A DNA stretch of 64,000 nt from the human T2T-CHM13v2.0 reference genome, Homo sapiens (GCF_009914755.1 NC_060928.1); one strand, 5' to 3'; shown: positions 24,798 to 46,252, counted from the first letter of the stretch. Notes: generated by a model not told the origin, from the sequence alone. Program-made: numbers and translations.

Positions 24798-25155
24798 TAC
24801 TATGGTCTTGAATGTTTATGTCTCCCCAAAATTCATATGTTGAAATCCTAATGCCCAAGGTGATGGTATTAAGAGGTGGGGACTTTGGGAGTGGTTAGAC
24901 CATGAGGGCAGAGAACTCATCAATGAAAGAGTGAACAGAGAGGCCAAAAGGAGCTTGTTTGCCCCTTCCACCACGTAAGGTCAATGAAGAGGTCACCATC
25001 TATGAAGAACAGGCCCTCAGAAAACACCAAATCTGCTGGCGCCTTGATCTGGGACTTCCCAGCCTCCAGAACTGTGAGACATTAATATAAAGTTTCTTGT
25101 TTATAAGCCACCCAGTTTACAGTATTTTTATTATAGCATCCCAAACAGAGAAGAC
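24798..25155 (+). mobile_element. MLT1-type MaLR LTR
   Basis: CCCCAAAATTCATATGTTGAAATCCTAA...CAGCCTCCAGAACTGTGAGA. Confidence 0.8.
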
Positions 25156-25405
25156 AATAATGATTTCATGAATGCTTACTATATTATTATTCTATGTATT
25201 CTTTTATGTACTCTTATGTTGTTAATTTTTTTAATTAAAAAGAAAAGGTCCAAGCTACAAAAAACAAGGTGGTGAAACAAGGAAAGGCCTTAGAAGATTA
25301 AAAGAAAAATGGGAAAATTCTGAAACAAAGTATCAGAGGTCTCGGTAAGGGCAAAAACAGCTTTGGGGGACTGACAGAGTCAAAGAATACCTATTGAAAA
25401 CAACC

Positions 25406-25725
25406 AGCCAGGGGCAGAGGCTCACGTCCGTAATCCCATCACTTTTGGAGGCTGAGGCGGGCGGATCTCCTGAGATCAGGAGTTCAAGACCAGCCTGGCC
25501 AACAGGGCGAACCCCCATCTCTACTAAAAATTACAAAGATTAGCCAGGTGTGGTGGCGGCCACCTGTAATCCCAGCTACTCGGGAGGCTGAGGCAGGGAG
25601 AATTGCTTGAACCAGGGAGGCAGAGGTTGCAGTGAGCCAAGGTCATGCCACTGCACTCTAGCCTGAGTGACAGAGCAAGGTTCTGTCTCAAAAACAAACA
25701 AACAAACAAACAAAAAACAAAAACC
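25406..25725 (+). mobile_element. Alu (AluS-like)
   Basis: Alu dimer with (AAAC)n tail. Confidence 0.9.
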
Positions 25726-26527
25726 GAAAACAGCCACTCATGATGACTTTAACACAATGGTGAGAGAAAATGATTTTTAGTTTTGTAAAATCGAGTTAAA
25801 GCAGTGCCAAAAAATGAATATATCAAAGAGATGACCTTAGGAAGTAAAAACAATTAAAGAAGATAAAAATAGAAAGTCTTGTGTTGTGTGCTAAGAAAAA
25901 TAAAGTAATAGGAGGCATGGTCCATGCACCTTTTAGGAAGATAAAATTCAAAGGGAATTGATTCATCAACAAAATTAGATATCATGCTAATAAGTGAAAA
26001 GAAAGATGCATTGAGAATATACGCTACAGAAATTCAGTAGAGAAGAAAAAGATTACGAATTGGTCCAATATTACATAATGCAGTAAATAAAAATTGAACA
26101 GACTCATGAAGGAATAAACTTTGGATTTGGATAATAGAGAAAGGTAGAATACATTAGGTACAAGCAGAGAATGTGTAAAAAAAGTGATGGCACAAATGAG
26201 TAATGTCTATTTGTGGGTTGTGGCTGAAGACCAGCCTAACAGGAACAGAAACTAGCAAGCACTGAGAAATATAGTTGGAGAGGTGGGTGGAGATTCTAAA
26301 GGAGAAGATTCTAAATTTTTAATTTACTTGAGACAGGGAACTATTAAGGATTTTAAGCAAGGGGGTGTTATTAGAGTATTACTATAGGAAAATTAATCTG
26401 GAGGCATATAAAAAGAGACTAGAAGCAAGGAAAAAACCTTGGTACTAAGGAAGTAAGCTTTCAGGATGCTTGTTAGTTTGCAGATGTTTTCACCTATCAT
26501 TTTTATAAACAAAATTTGTAACATTAC

Positions 26528-26736
26528 CTTCCAGCTTGAGATTTATCCCTCCACATTCTATAATTCCAATGAATTTGGCTTCTATCTGACCATTTTTATA
26601 CACAAAAATTGTTGGTAAACAATTGTCATGGTAGTGTTGAATACAGCTATTCACGATGGCTTTAACAAATTTAGTTTCTGGAAACTTTCTTGCTAGAAGA
26701 CTAAGATGCTGGTTAACCAACAAACACATTGGGATG
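26528..26736 (-). CDS. PDCL2: Phosducin-like 2, exon 5 (thioredoxin-like domain: IPMCLLVNQHLSLLARKFPETKFVKAIVNSC...GINLKLE)
   Basis: AG at 26738-26737, GT at 26527-26526; overlaps ORF 26490..26759; phosducin-family sequence. Confidence 0.96.
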
Positions 26737-27504
26737 CTAAAAAGAGAAACAGTACACACAATCTTTAATAAATGGGCTACTCATCTCAGTCTAATGAAAT
26801 AAGTAAAATATCGCCATGGCAAAAATATATCTTAGATTAATATAAAAGCACATTATTATCATCCTCTATTGTTACCTTTAGCAATGAAGAACTGTATGTA
26901 GAGTCCTCTGGTTTTTATTGCAAGCACCATTATAACCCGGGAATGAAGCTAGCTACCATGGCAAGCTGATGCTTAACTTAGGGAAACTACATTCAACTGA
27001 GCATCAGTTTGGTTCAAGCAGGTACCCAGTTTGTAGAAAAAAAAAAAAAAACACAGGACACTTCTAGGAAATCCTTTGCAGTTCTGAGTTGAAACAAAAG
27101 GATCCCAACCCTTGCTGCCATCATGAGCTTCTTTCCATGTAATGAGTTTACCATATCCAGAACTGTCTTTCCTGACTCCAACAAACTTCTTCCAGTTTTT
27201 GGAATCCCACTCCATGCCACATCCTGGTGGCCCATTATCCAGAACTATTCCTTACCAGAAATTTAATATTGATTGGAAGTGTGACCACAACCTCAGCTCT
27301 TCCTGCTTTATCACTTAATTCTCATCACACTCCTTGATCGATTAGTCCCTTTTCTCCCAGTTTATCCAACTTTCAAGTGAATCCCTTCACCTCTACTTTA
27401 TTCCACATTCCTTCCACCTCCCTTGGGATCTTTGTTGGTTATTCTGCTTCCCTCTTTTCCTGTTTTCTCATCTTTCCTTCTCCAAAGACTCTTTCTCCCT
27501 TTTA

Positions 27505-28252
<748 letters not shown>

Positions 28253-28948
28253 AGGTGAAATGAGTCCACTAATATCTAATTCAGAGAAATTTTATAATTT
28301 TCATTAGAAATTTTGTCAGAATGAAAGCTCAGTCAGTGATACAACAGATATTTGTGGGGTGGGTCAGTAGTGTGAATGGCAGAAGTCAGGTAGGTATTGG
28401 TGGTGGCAGTGAAAAGTATAGAATTAAGAGAATATTGCATAACAGATTGTGATGCAGGGAGAAAGGGTTGCCCGAAGACAGTTCTGACAGCAAGTAGTAG
28501 GGGAACAAATTTGGTGTTGGGGCTCAGGGCCAGAATTTTAACCCCAGAAGAGCTGTAAAATATGAGGCAGACCTCTAACATCACAAAACAAGTTAAGAGA
28601 CTATTTATGGTATTCAAGCTTCAAAATATACACTTGGGTATAAGAATAATATAAAAGCCCCAAATTAGAATTGGGGTACAGGCATAGATTAAATAGAATT
28701 GGGGTACAGGGTAAGATTAAATAAAACCAGAAACAAGACTGACTTAAAGCTAAATCATTGGGCTTACTGGCCCAGGTTGAGTTAGATCCCTCTAAGGCAC
28801 CTTAAGGAGGCTAAGCCTTCATTCCGATAAAAAGTGGGTCTAATCCTATCAATTTAATGGCAAAGAGCCATTGAAATTATAGAATTTAGGAGCCTAATCA
28901 AAAAACAAACACCACCCTTTTATAAAATTGATAGAAAGTAGCTAAAAA

Positions 28949-30029
28949 TGAAACCACCTTTGTAAAAATTTTAACAGTGAGAGAATTATGACAGTGAAAG
29001 AGATTTGATCTAACCAACTCCCATCTTCCCTTTAACCTCCAAACTGCCCCGAATCATTCCTGGACTTGGGCCAAGCTAACTCTGGGAGAATTTCAGTTTA
29101 CAGTTTAAATGATAATAGCTTTTCCCCAAAACTAAAACCACCTTTGTAAAGCTAAGGGAAGACTAGGTTAGGAGGATGAGAGGAGCCTGAACTCTGCTAT
29201 GATACACACTTAAACAATTACCAGCCATTATTCTGGAAGTCACAAGATTTGCAACTTCCTCAATTACTCCTGCAGGTAACAACACTATTGTAGAACCTAA
29301 GATTGGTCTTTTTTATATATCTTTTAAGGTTTTTGCATTTCTGATGACTGATGCCTCTACCTGGACCCACCAAGCAGTACTGTGGCCCCATACAGAAGCA
29401 GACTTAGCACACATGAGGACTGTATTAGTCCGTTCTCATGCTGCTAATAAAGACATACCCAAGGCTGGGTAATTATAAAGGAAAGAGGTTTAACTGACTC
29501 ACAGTTCAGTATGGCTGGGGAGGCCTCAAGAAACTTACAATCATGGCAGAAGGGGAAGCAAACACATTCTTCTTCACATGTGGCAGCAATGAGAAGTGCT
29601 GAGCAAAAGGGGAAAAGCCCCTTATAAAACCGTCAGATCTCATGAGAACTCACTCATTATCACAAGAACAGCATGAGGGTAACTGCCCCCATGATTAAAT
29701 TACCTCCCGCCATGTCCCTCCCACGACAAATGGGGGTTATGGGAAATACAGTTCAAGATGAGATTTAGTGAGGACACAGCCAAACCATATCAAGGATCAT
29801 TTTCTACATCCCTATGATTGCATTCCCAACCAATCAGCAGTACCCATTCTGTGGTCCTTGAAAAACCTCAGCCTCCAAATTTTGGGGGAGGCTGATTTGA
29901 GTAATAATAAAACTCTAGTTTCCTGTTCAACTGGCTCTGCATGAATTAAACTCTTTATTGCAATTCCCCTGTCTTGATAAATTGACTCTATATGGGCAGC
30001 AGGCAAAATGAACCCATTGTGTGGTTACA
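28949..30029 (+). mobile_element. LTR8-like ERV1 solo LTR interrupted by a THE1/MST LTR
   Basis: TGAAACCACCTTTGTAAAAATT...GTGGTTACA. Confidence 0.75.
29421..29792 (-). mobile_element. THE1-like MaLR LTR nested in the LTR8-like element
   Basis: TGTATTAGTCCGTTCTCATGCTGCTAATAAAGACATACCC...CAAACCATATCA; flanks AGGAC and AGGAT. Confidence 0.88.
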
Positions 30030-30097
30030 AAAACATAAATTAACAGCTGTCCTTCAACTTTACAATATTAAAAAGCTGTAAGTAAATCCATTTTTCT

Positions 30098-30406
30098 GTT
30101 TTTTTTTTTTTTTTTTTTTTTTTGAGATGGAGTCCTGCTCTGTTGCCCAGGCTAGACTACAGTGATGTGATCTCAGCTCACTGCAGAGCTGCCTCCCAGG
30201 TTCAAGTGATTCTCCTGCCTCAGCCTCCCAAGTAACTGGGATTATAGGGACACATCACCATGCCCGGCTAATTTTTTTGTACTTTTAGTAGAGACAGGGT
30301 TTTGCCATGTTGGCCAGGCTGGTCTCAAACTCCCGACCTCAGGTGATCCGCCCGCCTCGGCCTCTCAAAATGCTGGGATTACAGGCATGAGCCACCGAGC
30401 CTGGCC
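30098..30406 (-). mobile_element. Alu
   Basis: Antisense Alu; flanking repeat AGTAAATCCA. Confidence 0.9.
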
Positions 30407-30545
30407 AGTAAATCCACTGTTAAAAACTAAAGTTTTCTAAAGAATATTTGTAACACAATTATTTTCTGTTATATTTTATAAATTTAGATTACTACAGATT
30501 AATTTTCAAAATATATGTTTTATACCAACACAGGAATGTATTTTC

Positions 30546-30855
30546 CTTTTTCTCTTTTTTTTTTTTTTTTTGATTTGGAGTCTTGCTCTGTCACCCAGGC
30601 TGGAGTGCAATGATCTTGGCTCACTGCAACCTCCGCCTCCCGGGTTCAAGCCATTCCCCTGCTTTAGCCTCCCACATTGCTGGGACTACAGGCATGCGCC
30701 ACCAAGCCTGGCTAATTTTTTTTTTGTATTTTTAGTAGAGATGGGGTTTCACCATGCTGGCCAGGCTGGTCTTGAACTCCTGACCTCAAGTGATCCGCCT
30801 GCCTCGGCCTCCCAAAGTGCTGGGATTACAGGCAATGAGCCACCGCACCCAGCCC
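30546..30855 (-). mobile_element. Alu
   Basis: Antisense Alu; TSD CAGGAATGTATTTTC. Confidence 0.9.
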
Positions 30856-31368
30856 CAGGAATGTATTTTCTTAATGTCCAGAAAACTAATATGTAACTAC
30901 TTTAGAGTGGCCCAGAAAAACCTTCTGAGAAGGTCACAAATACTTAAAGTATTATGAAACCACATCCTTCTTTTTGAGTCTATCAAAGCATACAACAATT
31001 TGAAGCAGACTAAATCACATTCAACCTCTTTATGAATTTTTAAAAAATTATTTCTAAAAACTAGTAATTTATCTGGAAGTAACCATTAAGCTAGATAATT
31101 TTACTTAGAAGCCATATCTACTCTGCTAACCACACAGGATCAGAAAAAACATTCAGTAAACCACTTCAGTATATAATATTTACCACAAACAGATCCTTGT
31201 TTTATAAATGTCCGTGTTTCTCATCCTTATTTGTGAGATCTACAAGCAGCATTTACAAACTGGTTAACCAAATAAATAGTATAGGTAATATGGAAGTGTG
31301 ATTTCAGGAAATAACTTTTCTCTGAAGAATGCAAGTCCTTTTAAATGTTTACCCCCACGGAGTCATTA

Positions 31369-31678
<310 letters not shown>

Positions 31679-32755
31679 AGAGAATCACAACCTACTCCCT
31701 CCTTGACCTATGTATTCATCTCTTGAAACTGCTTGCTATTGCTTGCAAGTAGCTATGAATCAACCCAATAATACTTCAGACACTGTAACTTTTATAGCTT
31801 AACAATATATTGCCAGTCACTAATCAATGTTATTTCCTTAAGCCAAAGAGAATTCCTGACAAACAACTTTGTATCAGTCCACTCCCTGTCCTCCTTTTAT
31901 GTCTTCACAAACCTGCTCATAACAAAGGCTAAAGGGAGATCATATCCAAAGGTACTTGGGTTTAGTCTTCTGGGCAGCTATCCTCACTTTGGCTCAAGTA
32001 AACTCTTTAAATTATATTTTGTGCCCCAGCCTCTTCCTTTTAGGTCAACACATTCTTTTAAGGACTTTAAAGCTACTTAAAAATTAATCTACCAAGAGTT
32101 TTAGTTATAATAAAATAACTTTTATGGGGCATTTTCTTTTATGGGGCATGTTGTCCTGTCAAAATTTGACTCAGGAACTGCGAAGTATAGCCATACAGGC
32201 TATACAGGGTTATATACAGGGCTATAATTTGCATAAATTGCTCTGTATATAATTTCCCTGAGGACCTAAAGATAAAAACATTTATTATTCAGAGATTGAG
32301 ATAAGGACAGTGAAGGTTGCTGTCATGGCCTCTGTTCCTAGAATGGTTTATAGCCCTGAGGCAGAGGGGTAGGGACCTAAAGCTAGAAGGACTGAACGAG
32401 AGAAACATTCAAAAGTCTACTTTCCCCATTTACTAGGCAAGACTGGTGAGGCCTAGGGACAGTGGGTTATACTTAGTACAACCAGGTATTTTTAAATTAA
32501 CTGTCTTGGAGGAATGGGGGAGTGCAGGGGTGCAGGGAAATTGTTCTATTAGAAGAGACTTCAGAGAGCTGATATATCTAAATGTGCTGCATAATTCTTG
32601 ATTGACTCCTTGTCCAAAACATATGTATTCATAAAAGATATTTTTAAGTCAGTCGGGAAAATCTGAGTAAGGACGACGTATTAGATGGTATTAGGAATTA
32701 CTGTTAATTTTGTTAGGTGAGAAAATGGTATTGTGGTTATGTAGAAGAACGTTCT

Positions 32756-33365
32756 TGAAGGGATTCATAGTATACCACACCAAAATAAGCCACTCTGGCA
32801 TAAGGATTATTTTGAGCTAAAGACAACTGAAAAGAAACAGACACAAGAAAAATATTCTCCACCCAGTAACATCCTCACTCCTGTCTCTACCAGGAAGGGC
32901 AGGACACTCTTAATCACTGGATAAAGCTCTAGATTCTTATCATTCCAGTGAGGCACCAGAGGAATCTATATAACAAACCTTGCTAAAACAACCTTTAATT
33001 TTGATTAAATTAAACACTCTAAATATCGACCATATAGATTCAACAAGTTGAATACATAGTTTCACCCATGTATTTACCATCCCACAGTTTGTCACTCCTA
33101 GAAGCTCAAAGACCCTTTCTGTTGTCTTATCAATTCTCTACAAATTTGCTGTTCTTTTGTTAAGAATCTATATAAGCCCAAGTTCTAACCACCCCTTTGA
33201 GTTACTTATCACTGAGCTCTCCTATGTGTATGTGTAATGCACTTGTAAATAGACTTCTGTTTGTTTTTCTCTTGTTAACCTGTCTTTTGTCAGTCCAACT
33301 TGCAGGGCCCCAGCCAATAAACCTAAAATGGGTAGAGGAAATATAATTTTTTTTTCTTTCCAACA
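32756..33365 (+). mobile_element. ERV1 LTR inserted in an old L1 3' UTR
   Basis: TGAAGGGATTC...CCACTCTGGCATAAGGATTATTTTGAGCTAAAG; TATA-like TATATAAG; L1M-like sequence on both sides. Confidence 0.6.
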
Positions 33366-33848
33366 CCTTTATGTTTTGAAGGTGCATGCTGAAGTACACA
33401 GGAATAAATCATCATGCTATGTTCAGTTTACTTTCAGTTCACTTTCTACAAATGCAAATATACACACACACAGAAACAGTTATATAAATATGGCAGAAGG
33501 TTACTTGTTGAATCTGTATGGTCGATATTTAGAGTGTTCATTTTCTCATTCCTTCCACTTCTCTGTTTTTGAGATATTCTATAATAAAAAGTTTTTAACA
33601 AAACTACCAAAGAGTGCTTATTTTTCTAAAAAGTGTGACAAGTTCCTGAAATTAGAAATGAAAAGATCTTAAAATACCTAATTTAATCCCTGAAGCCAAT
33701 GACTATCAAAAACTCTATGGATGTATATGTGTGCAATATATAGTTGCTTTTTCTTGAGTACTGTTATATACTTTGTAAAACCTTAAAACCAAAAATATGT
33801 CTTTTAAAATAGCAGTATATTAACATTTTGAAATATTATGGTAATTAC

Positions 33849-33992
33849 CTTGATCTGTATAGATGAATTATAACCCACACATCTTCTTCTGCATTTGTGA
33901 CTTCATTCACATACTGATTTCCAGAAATTTCTCTTAATTCTCCAAATTTTTGTTTTTTCTTAAGAGCTTTCCATTCCTGTAACCGCTTCTTT
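33849..33992 (-). CDS. PDCL2: Phosducin-like 2, exon 4 (KKRLQEWKALKKKQKFGELREISGNQYVNEVTNAEEDVWVIIHLYRS)
   Basis: AG at 33994-33993, GT at 33848-33847; 144 nt, phase 2-2. Confidence 0.96.
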
Positions 33993-34544
33993 CTAATTAA
34001 AACATGAAATTAAATTACATAAGAATACTGTCATATTCTTAAGGTCATTCTCATATGTAATAACAATTTAGGGCAATGAATATAATGCCTATCCATATCA
34101 AACACTTTAAATGATGGGATAACCATGAATGATCTTATAAAACCAATTTCTCTTTTTATATGCAAATTTGTGTTATCATGGTTATTGGAAAGTGTAAGAA
34201 GTTTGCTATTGACTTTTAAATTTGTTTGTATTTAAGACTAGGTTTAAATCATAGCTATAGAGAGTTTATCTAGATGTTGTGCCAACAAATTCTCATGTAC
34301 AAGTTGAATACTTCATTAAGGAGAATAATGATATCCAACATTTACCAAGTGCTTGCTATGTTACCAGGCACTATTTTAAATACATAACATTAATGAACTT
34401 AATCCTTGTAAAAATGTTACAAAGCCAGTACTATTATTATCCCCATTTAAATGTTAGTAACAGTCATGCTAAGATGATCTTCACTTCGAAGACTTTGTGG
34501 ATATTTGTAATTACTTGTTATAAATATAGATTTATTATAGACAG

Positions 34545-34800
34545 AGAGGTAGTAGAGGAGAGTGATTATGAGCTTGGATTCTAAGCTCAGACTACACTGG
34601 GTTTAAATGCCAGTTCCAGTACTTGTTAATAGCATAAACTTGGGAAAGTTGTTTAATCTCTCTACACTTCAGTTTCCCTAACTGTACATGGGAATAATAC
34701 TAATAGCTACTCACAAGGGATTACTGGGAAAAAAATGAAATAATACATGTAAATTTCTTAGCAGGGTGCCTGACACACTGTGAGCATTCAATAAATGTTG
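34545..34800 (+). mobile_element. MIR
   Basis: CTTGGGAAAGTTGTTTAATCTCTCT...CAGTTTCC...CATTCAATAAATGTT. Confidence 0.75.
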
Positions 34801-35537
34801 CTACCTATTTATCTATCCATAGAGAACCTTGAAACTGTTTAAAAAACCAACTCTCTCAACATTTACATAATTTGACAATTTCGCTGTTGAACGCCTGGAT
34901 TCATGAAGCAAATCTAAATGGTTTCTGACTGTCTGCAAGTTTATTAACATTTAATGATTCTATACCTCTAAGTTTGCTGGAAGTATTTACTCCCTTTCTT
35001 TCTCTGTGTATTAACCATATTTTCTTATTTTATGTATTCTTGATGCTCTGGCATCTGACACATTGCTGATTCTGTAGAGTCTGCCCCTCCCAGGGCTAGT
35101 GAACTCCATGAAATAGCAAACACTGTTCAAACGCAAATCAATCTAGGGCCCATACCCTCAATCACTTCATTTATCAGACTGAGCCATGATCCCCTGCCCT
35201 AATCATTCCAGGGCCAGGTACCAAACAACTAGAGATAGCCTCTACAGCCCAGAGCCCACCAAAATTATTGAAACTAGCCAATCCTAACTCTGCTTACCCT
35301 GCCTTGCCATGTGTTTCCCACAGAAACCATAATGAAAGCCTTATGCCCATGCTTTCCCCTTGCTCCTTCTGACTTCTGATCAATTCAGGTGCTTCACTGC
35401 ATGGCCCCTGTGTGGCATGATGTGGCATGCAACCCTCCCTTGGAAACTGTGAGTAACCAACTATCCTTTCAATAGCAACCATATCCTGACACACTTGAAT
35501 AAAAACAAAACCCTGGGTATATTTTAAAACATTTTTA

Positions 35538-35892
<355 letters not shown>

Positions 35893-36874
35893 TTACTTTA
35901 CATAACCAGTAATCCAAGCAAAATCAAACCCAGAGGAGAATGCCAAGGATAGTAACCCAAGGCTGGGGACCTCTCATAGTTTTCAAATTGAAGTCCTTCA
36001 ATTTTTCCTCCACTGGCCCAGATATTTGGAACCTAGAGTTACTCCACAGTTCTTATGGGAGCCCTACTTTGTTTGCACCGAGTATCTAACTTCCCGCAAT
36101 TTGATCTTACTGGCTTAATATCATTCAGAAATTTCAAAATATTCTTGTTCCAATGATGACACCATGCTCTAATGGTGCAACTATCAACAACTTCCCTTCC
36201 TCCTCTCCTCTTCCACTTCTTCCTCCTTCTCATTTTTCTCTGTTATTTCAGTGGAATTGGGCAGGGGAGAACAGTAAATACATGGGCTGGTTTTGCCATT
36301 AGAAGTTCAAACAGTGTTCAATGGCCTGCGTTTTTCACCTAACAAGCCTATCAGTTGGGATTCAGTTGCATAAACAGAAGGCCCACTAGCTATTTTAAGC
36401 AGAAAAGAACTTAATATGGGGGAATTAAATGCTTTATCAACCCAATAAAAAGAAGGAGCAGGCTCTAGACTGGGATACCAGGAATGACTCCCAGAACAAC
36501 ATGCAAAACTGGTATGCCAAGGCTTTCTCTACCACAATCCAGAAACTAGGGAATCTGGAACTACCACACTATTGTTGGCTTTACTATCAAACTATTCTGA
36601 GAATCAGAAAGCCAGTGTAACAACTTTTGTCTCTAGAAACCTATCTCCTTAGTAACAATCTGAGGATGAGAAACTGTTGCCAAAATAATGGCTCCATTGG
36701 ATACTATGCTCCACACCTGGATGAGGGGATCAATCATATCCCAAACCTCAGCATCATGCAATATACCAGTGTAACAAGCCTGCATGTGCATCCCCTGAAT
36801 CTACAATAAAAGTTGAAATTATAAAACAAAAAAAGAATAATGGCTCCAAAACCATGATGCAAATTCTAGATTAG

Positions 36875-37204
<330 letters not shown>

Positions 37205-37601
37205 GTGTGTTTCTACTTCTTTCCTCACTTAATTCTGAATTCAAATCCCCGGTGAAATGTCTAAATCATATTCTTTACCTTTATTGCAATAAAGTCTGAG
37301 AAATATCCTTTTAGTTTTTTAGCTTCCATGGTACTGGAATACACCAAGAGAAAGGGGAATATATGTCAAAAAGGCCAATTTAGTATTATATGCCACAAAC
37401 AATATACTGCAGATTTGTTTATTGCTGTGTATAAATTTTTTTCATCTTTTTAGCTAGAAGAGCTTCTGAGCTGACTCCCTTGTTATTTTACAGCTAATTA
37501 TCTACACAATAACATTTGTCTCTCCTTTTTTGAATATTACATCTTTTTTTAAAAGAAATCTTGTCCGAAGGTACTGGCTAGGACCTATTGTATGGTGTTT
37601 A

Positions 37602-37974
<373 letters not shown>

Positions 37975-38027
37975 TTAAAATTTTTATCAAGTAAAAAAAA
38001 AGTTCCATTACTTTAGCTTATCACTAG

Positions 38028-38204
<177 letters not shown>

Positions 38205-38729
38205 TAAATGAGGAATTTGCTTTAAATCAGCACTAGCAAGATAAGTACAGAATTTCTTAAGAACAAGTAATATTTTTAAACATTCAGGTACAGAAATGAA
38301 AATAATGCCATAATTTGGTGGCAACTAAATTTGTGATTTTGATGTGGAATACACAAATAAAAGAATTTCTATTTATGGTATCGCTCTTTAATCTCTGTGG
38401 TAGAGACAGGTAGGGTGATCATCATTGTAGCTTTCTCTTCTGGGGAAGCTACATTTACCTGAAAGACTACATTTGCCAGCTTGCCCTGCAGTTGGATTAG
38501 GGTCATGAGACTAGATTACAACCCATGCCACATGAGTGAAAGTGATATATACATTTCAATGACTCACCCCTAAAATGTCCCACGTGACCTTTCACACTTT
38601 CTGATTCACACAACTGGAAGTAAAGGTTTCTGAGATTATGTAGCCCCTAATGAAACAGCCCAGGTTCATAGTCATTGCCTGGAGGAGAGCTACTCAGGAG
38701 AACTATAGGATAAGCATCAAAGAATTGTG

Positions 38730-43450
<4,721 letters not shown>

Positions 43451-43453
43451 TTA

Positions 43454-44284
<831 letters not shown>

Positions 44285-44497
44285 ACTGTTTTTTTATTGT
44301 TAAAATGACCTTGCATTCCTGCAACCAATACTACTTGATCAAGATTTATTATTTCCTTAAATTGCTGGACTTAATTTGCCAATATTTCCTTAAAGATTTT
44401 GTGTTTACAGTCATGAGGGATATTTGTAGTACTCTGTTTTAGTGATGTCTTTGTCTGGTTTTAGTATCAGGATAAATACTGGTCTTGTAAAAAGTAC

Positions 44498-44587
44498 TTT
44501 AGAAATTAGAACAGGTTCATACATTTCCCAACTTATTTTAGTTGTGAAGTAAGTTGGGAAATTTATGAACCTGTTCCAGTTTCTAAA
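44498..44587. repeat. Inverted repeat with 43-bp arms and a 4-nt loop
   Basis: Hand pairing on the plus strand gives 38 Watson-Crick pairs, 3 G.U pairs and 2 mismatches. Confidence 0.92.
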
Positions 44588-44957
44588 ATAATTTAAGAAT
44601 AGTAATTAATTATTCATGAAATGATAGTCACCTTTGACAGACATCATGCTAGAAGGAAAATCATGGCCATCTTTTTATTGGCCTCTTATTGCTATTTTCC
44701 ACTTTAATCGTATGTAGCTTGATGAAGTTATATTGTACATGATTGGATAATTTTCTATTAAATCAAAGGCAAAATATTAAGAAAAAATGATGTAATGATG
44801 TAATAAAATTCCACCTTATATAAAGGGAGTTTCAAAATGTTACTTAAAAATTAGTTTTGTTCTTTGTAAAATCTATGTGACAAGACAAATCTCTTTAGTT
44901 TTATTCTTATTATACTTCATTCAAAAATTTATAATTAACCCAAATGAATCACTGTAC

Positions 44958-45048
44958 CTATATGTTTCAACAGCCTGCATATCTTCTTCATCAAATTCAT
45001 CTTCAGCTTCCTTTAGCTGTGCAAGAGTCATCTTTTCAAATGGTTTCA
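44958..45048 (-). CDS. PDCL2: Phosducin-like 2, exon 3 (VKPFEKMTLAQLKEAEDEFDEEDMQAVETYR)
   Basis: AG at 45050-45049, GT at 44957-44956; 91 nt, phase 1-2. Confidence 0.95.
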
Positions 45049-45160
45049 CTAAAACAACATAAATTATAGATTATCAAATTGTTTAAAAATTTTTTTACTA
45101 TACAGTCAATGTCTAGAAAAAACCGTCTTATACAAAGGAGATCAACAGTATCTTTAAACA

Positions 45161-45456
<296 letters not shown>

Positions 45457-45837
45457 TTAAACAAACATAAAGCAGCCAGCCACCAAAAAAAGCTATAAAT
45501 ATTATAGAAAGTATAATATTAAAGTATTACTCCCTCAAAGTTCATAGAACTGACAGGCTACATTTAAAACTAGGTATGAAAATCAATTAGATTTCATAAA
45601 TTTAGATTTCCCTCAAGTACCTAGAAATCTTGATAAATAATACATACTATAAAGAATGATCAAAATAGATGGTAATAAGGCAGAGGGACATGGTGGGAGA
45701 AGAAAGCTCACTTGGTTACACACCAGGATATTTCAGCTCTGTTATTAGCATGTGATTTTCAACATGTGAAATTAGTCATTTTAGGTGTCATATCCAAATA
45801 CTGAAAGTAGTTGAGGGGGGTTATATTAAATGTTTAT

Positions 45838-46142
45838 TTGTTTTGTTTTTTGAGATGGAGTCTTGCTCTGTTGCCCAGAGCAGTGCAGGAGTGCAGTGGC
45901 ACGATCTCAGCTCACTGCAAGCTCCATCTCCTAGGTTCATGCCATTCTACTGCCTCAGCCTCCTGAGTAGCTGGGACTACAGGCACCCACCACCACATCT
46001 GGCTAATTTTGTTTTTGTATTTTTAGTAGAGATGGGGTTTCACCGTGTTAGCCAGGATGGTCTCGATCTCCTGACCTCGTGATCCGCTGGCCTCAGCCTC
46101 CCAAAGTGCTGGGATTACAGGTGTGAGCCACCATGCCCAGCC
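45838..46142 (-). mobile_element. Alu (AluY/Sc-like)
   Basis: Antisense Alu with GTTAGCCAGGATGGTCTCGATCTCC. Confidence 0.9.
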
Positions 46143-46252
46143 TATACTAAATGATTTCTAATGTCCTCTCTCCCACTATGTTCATGAAATACCTTAGTAC
46201 TAACTTAACTGTATTATTCCCATCATCCAGCCCACCAAATCTACGACCATAC

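Noticed and set aside
26490-26759. 89-aa ORF treated as a standalone gene
   Set aside because: It is PDCL2 exon 5 plus in-frame intron flanks
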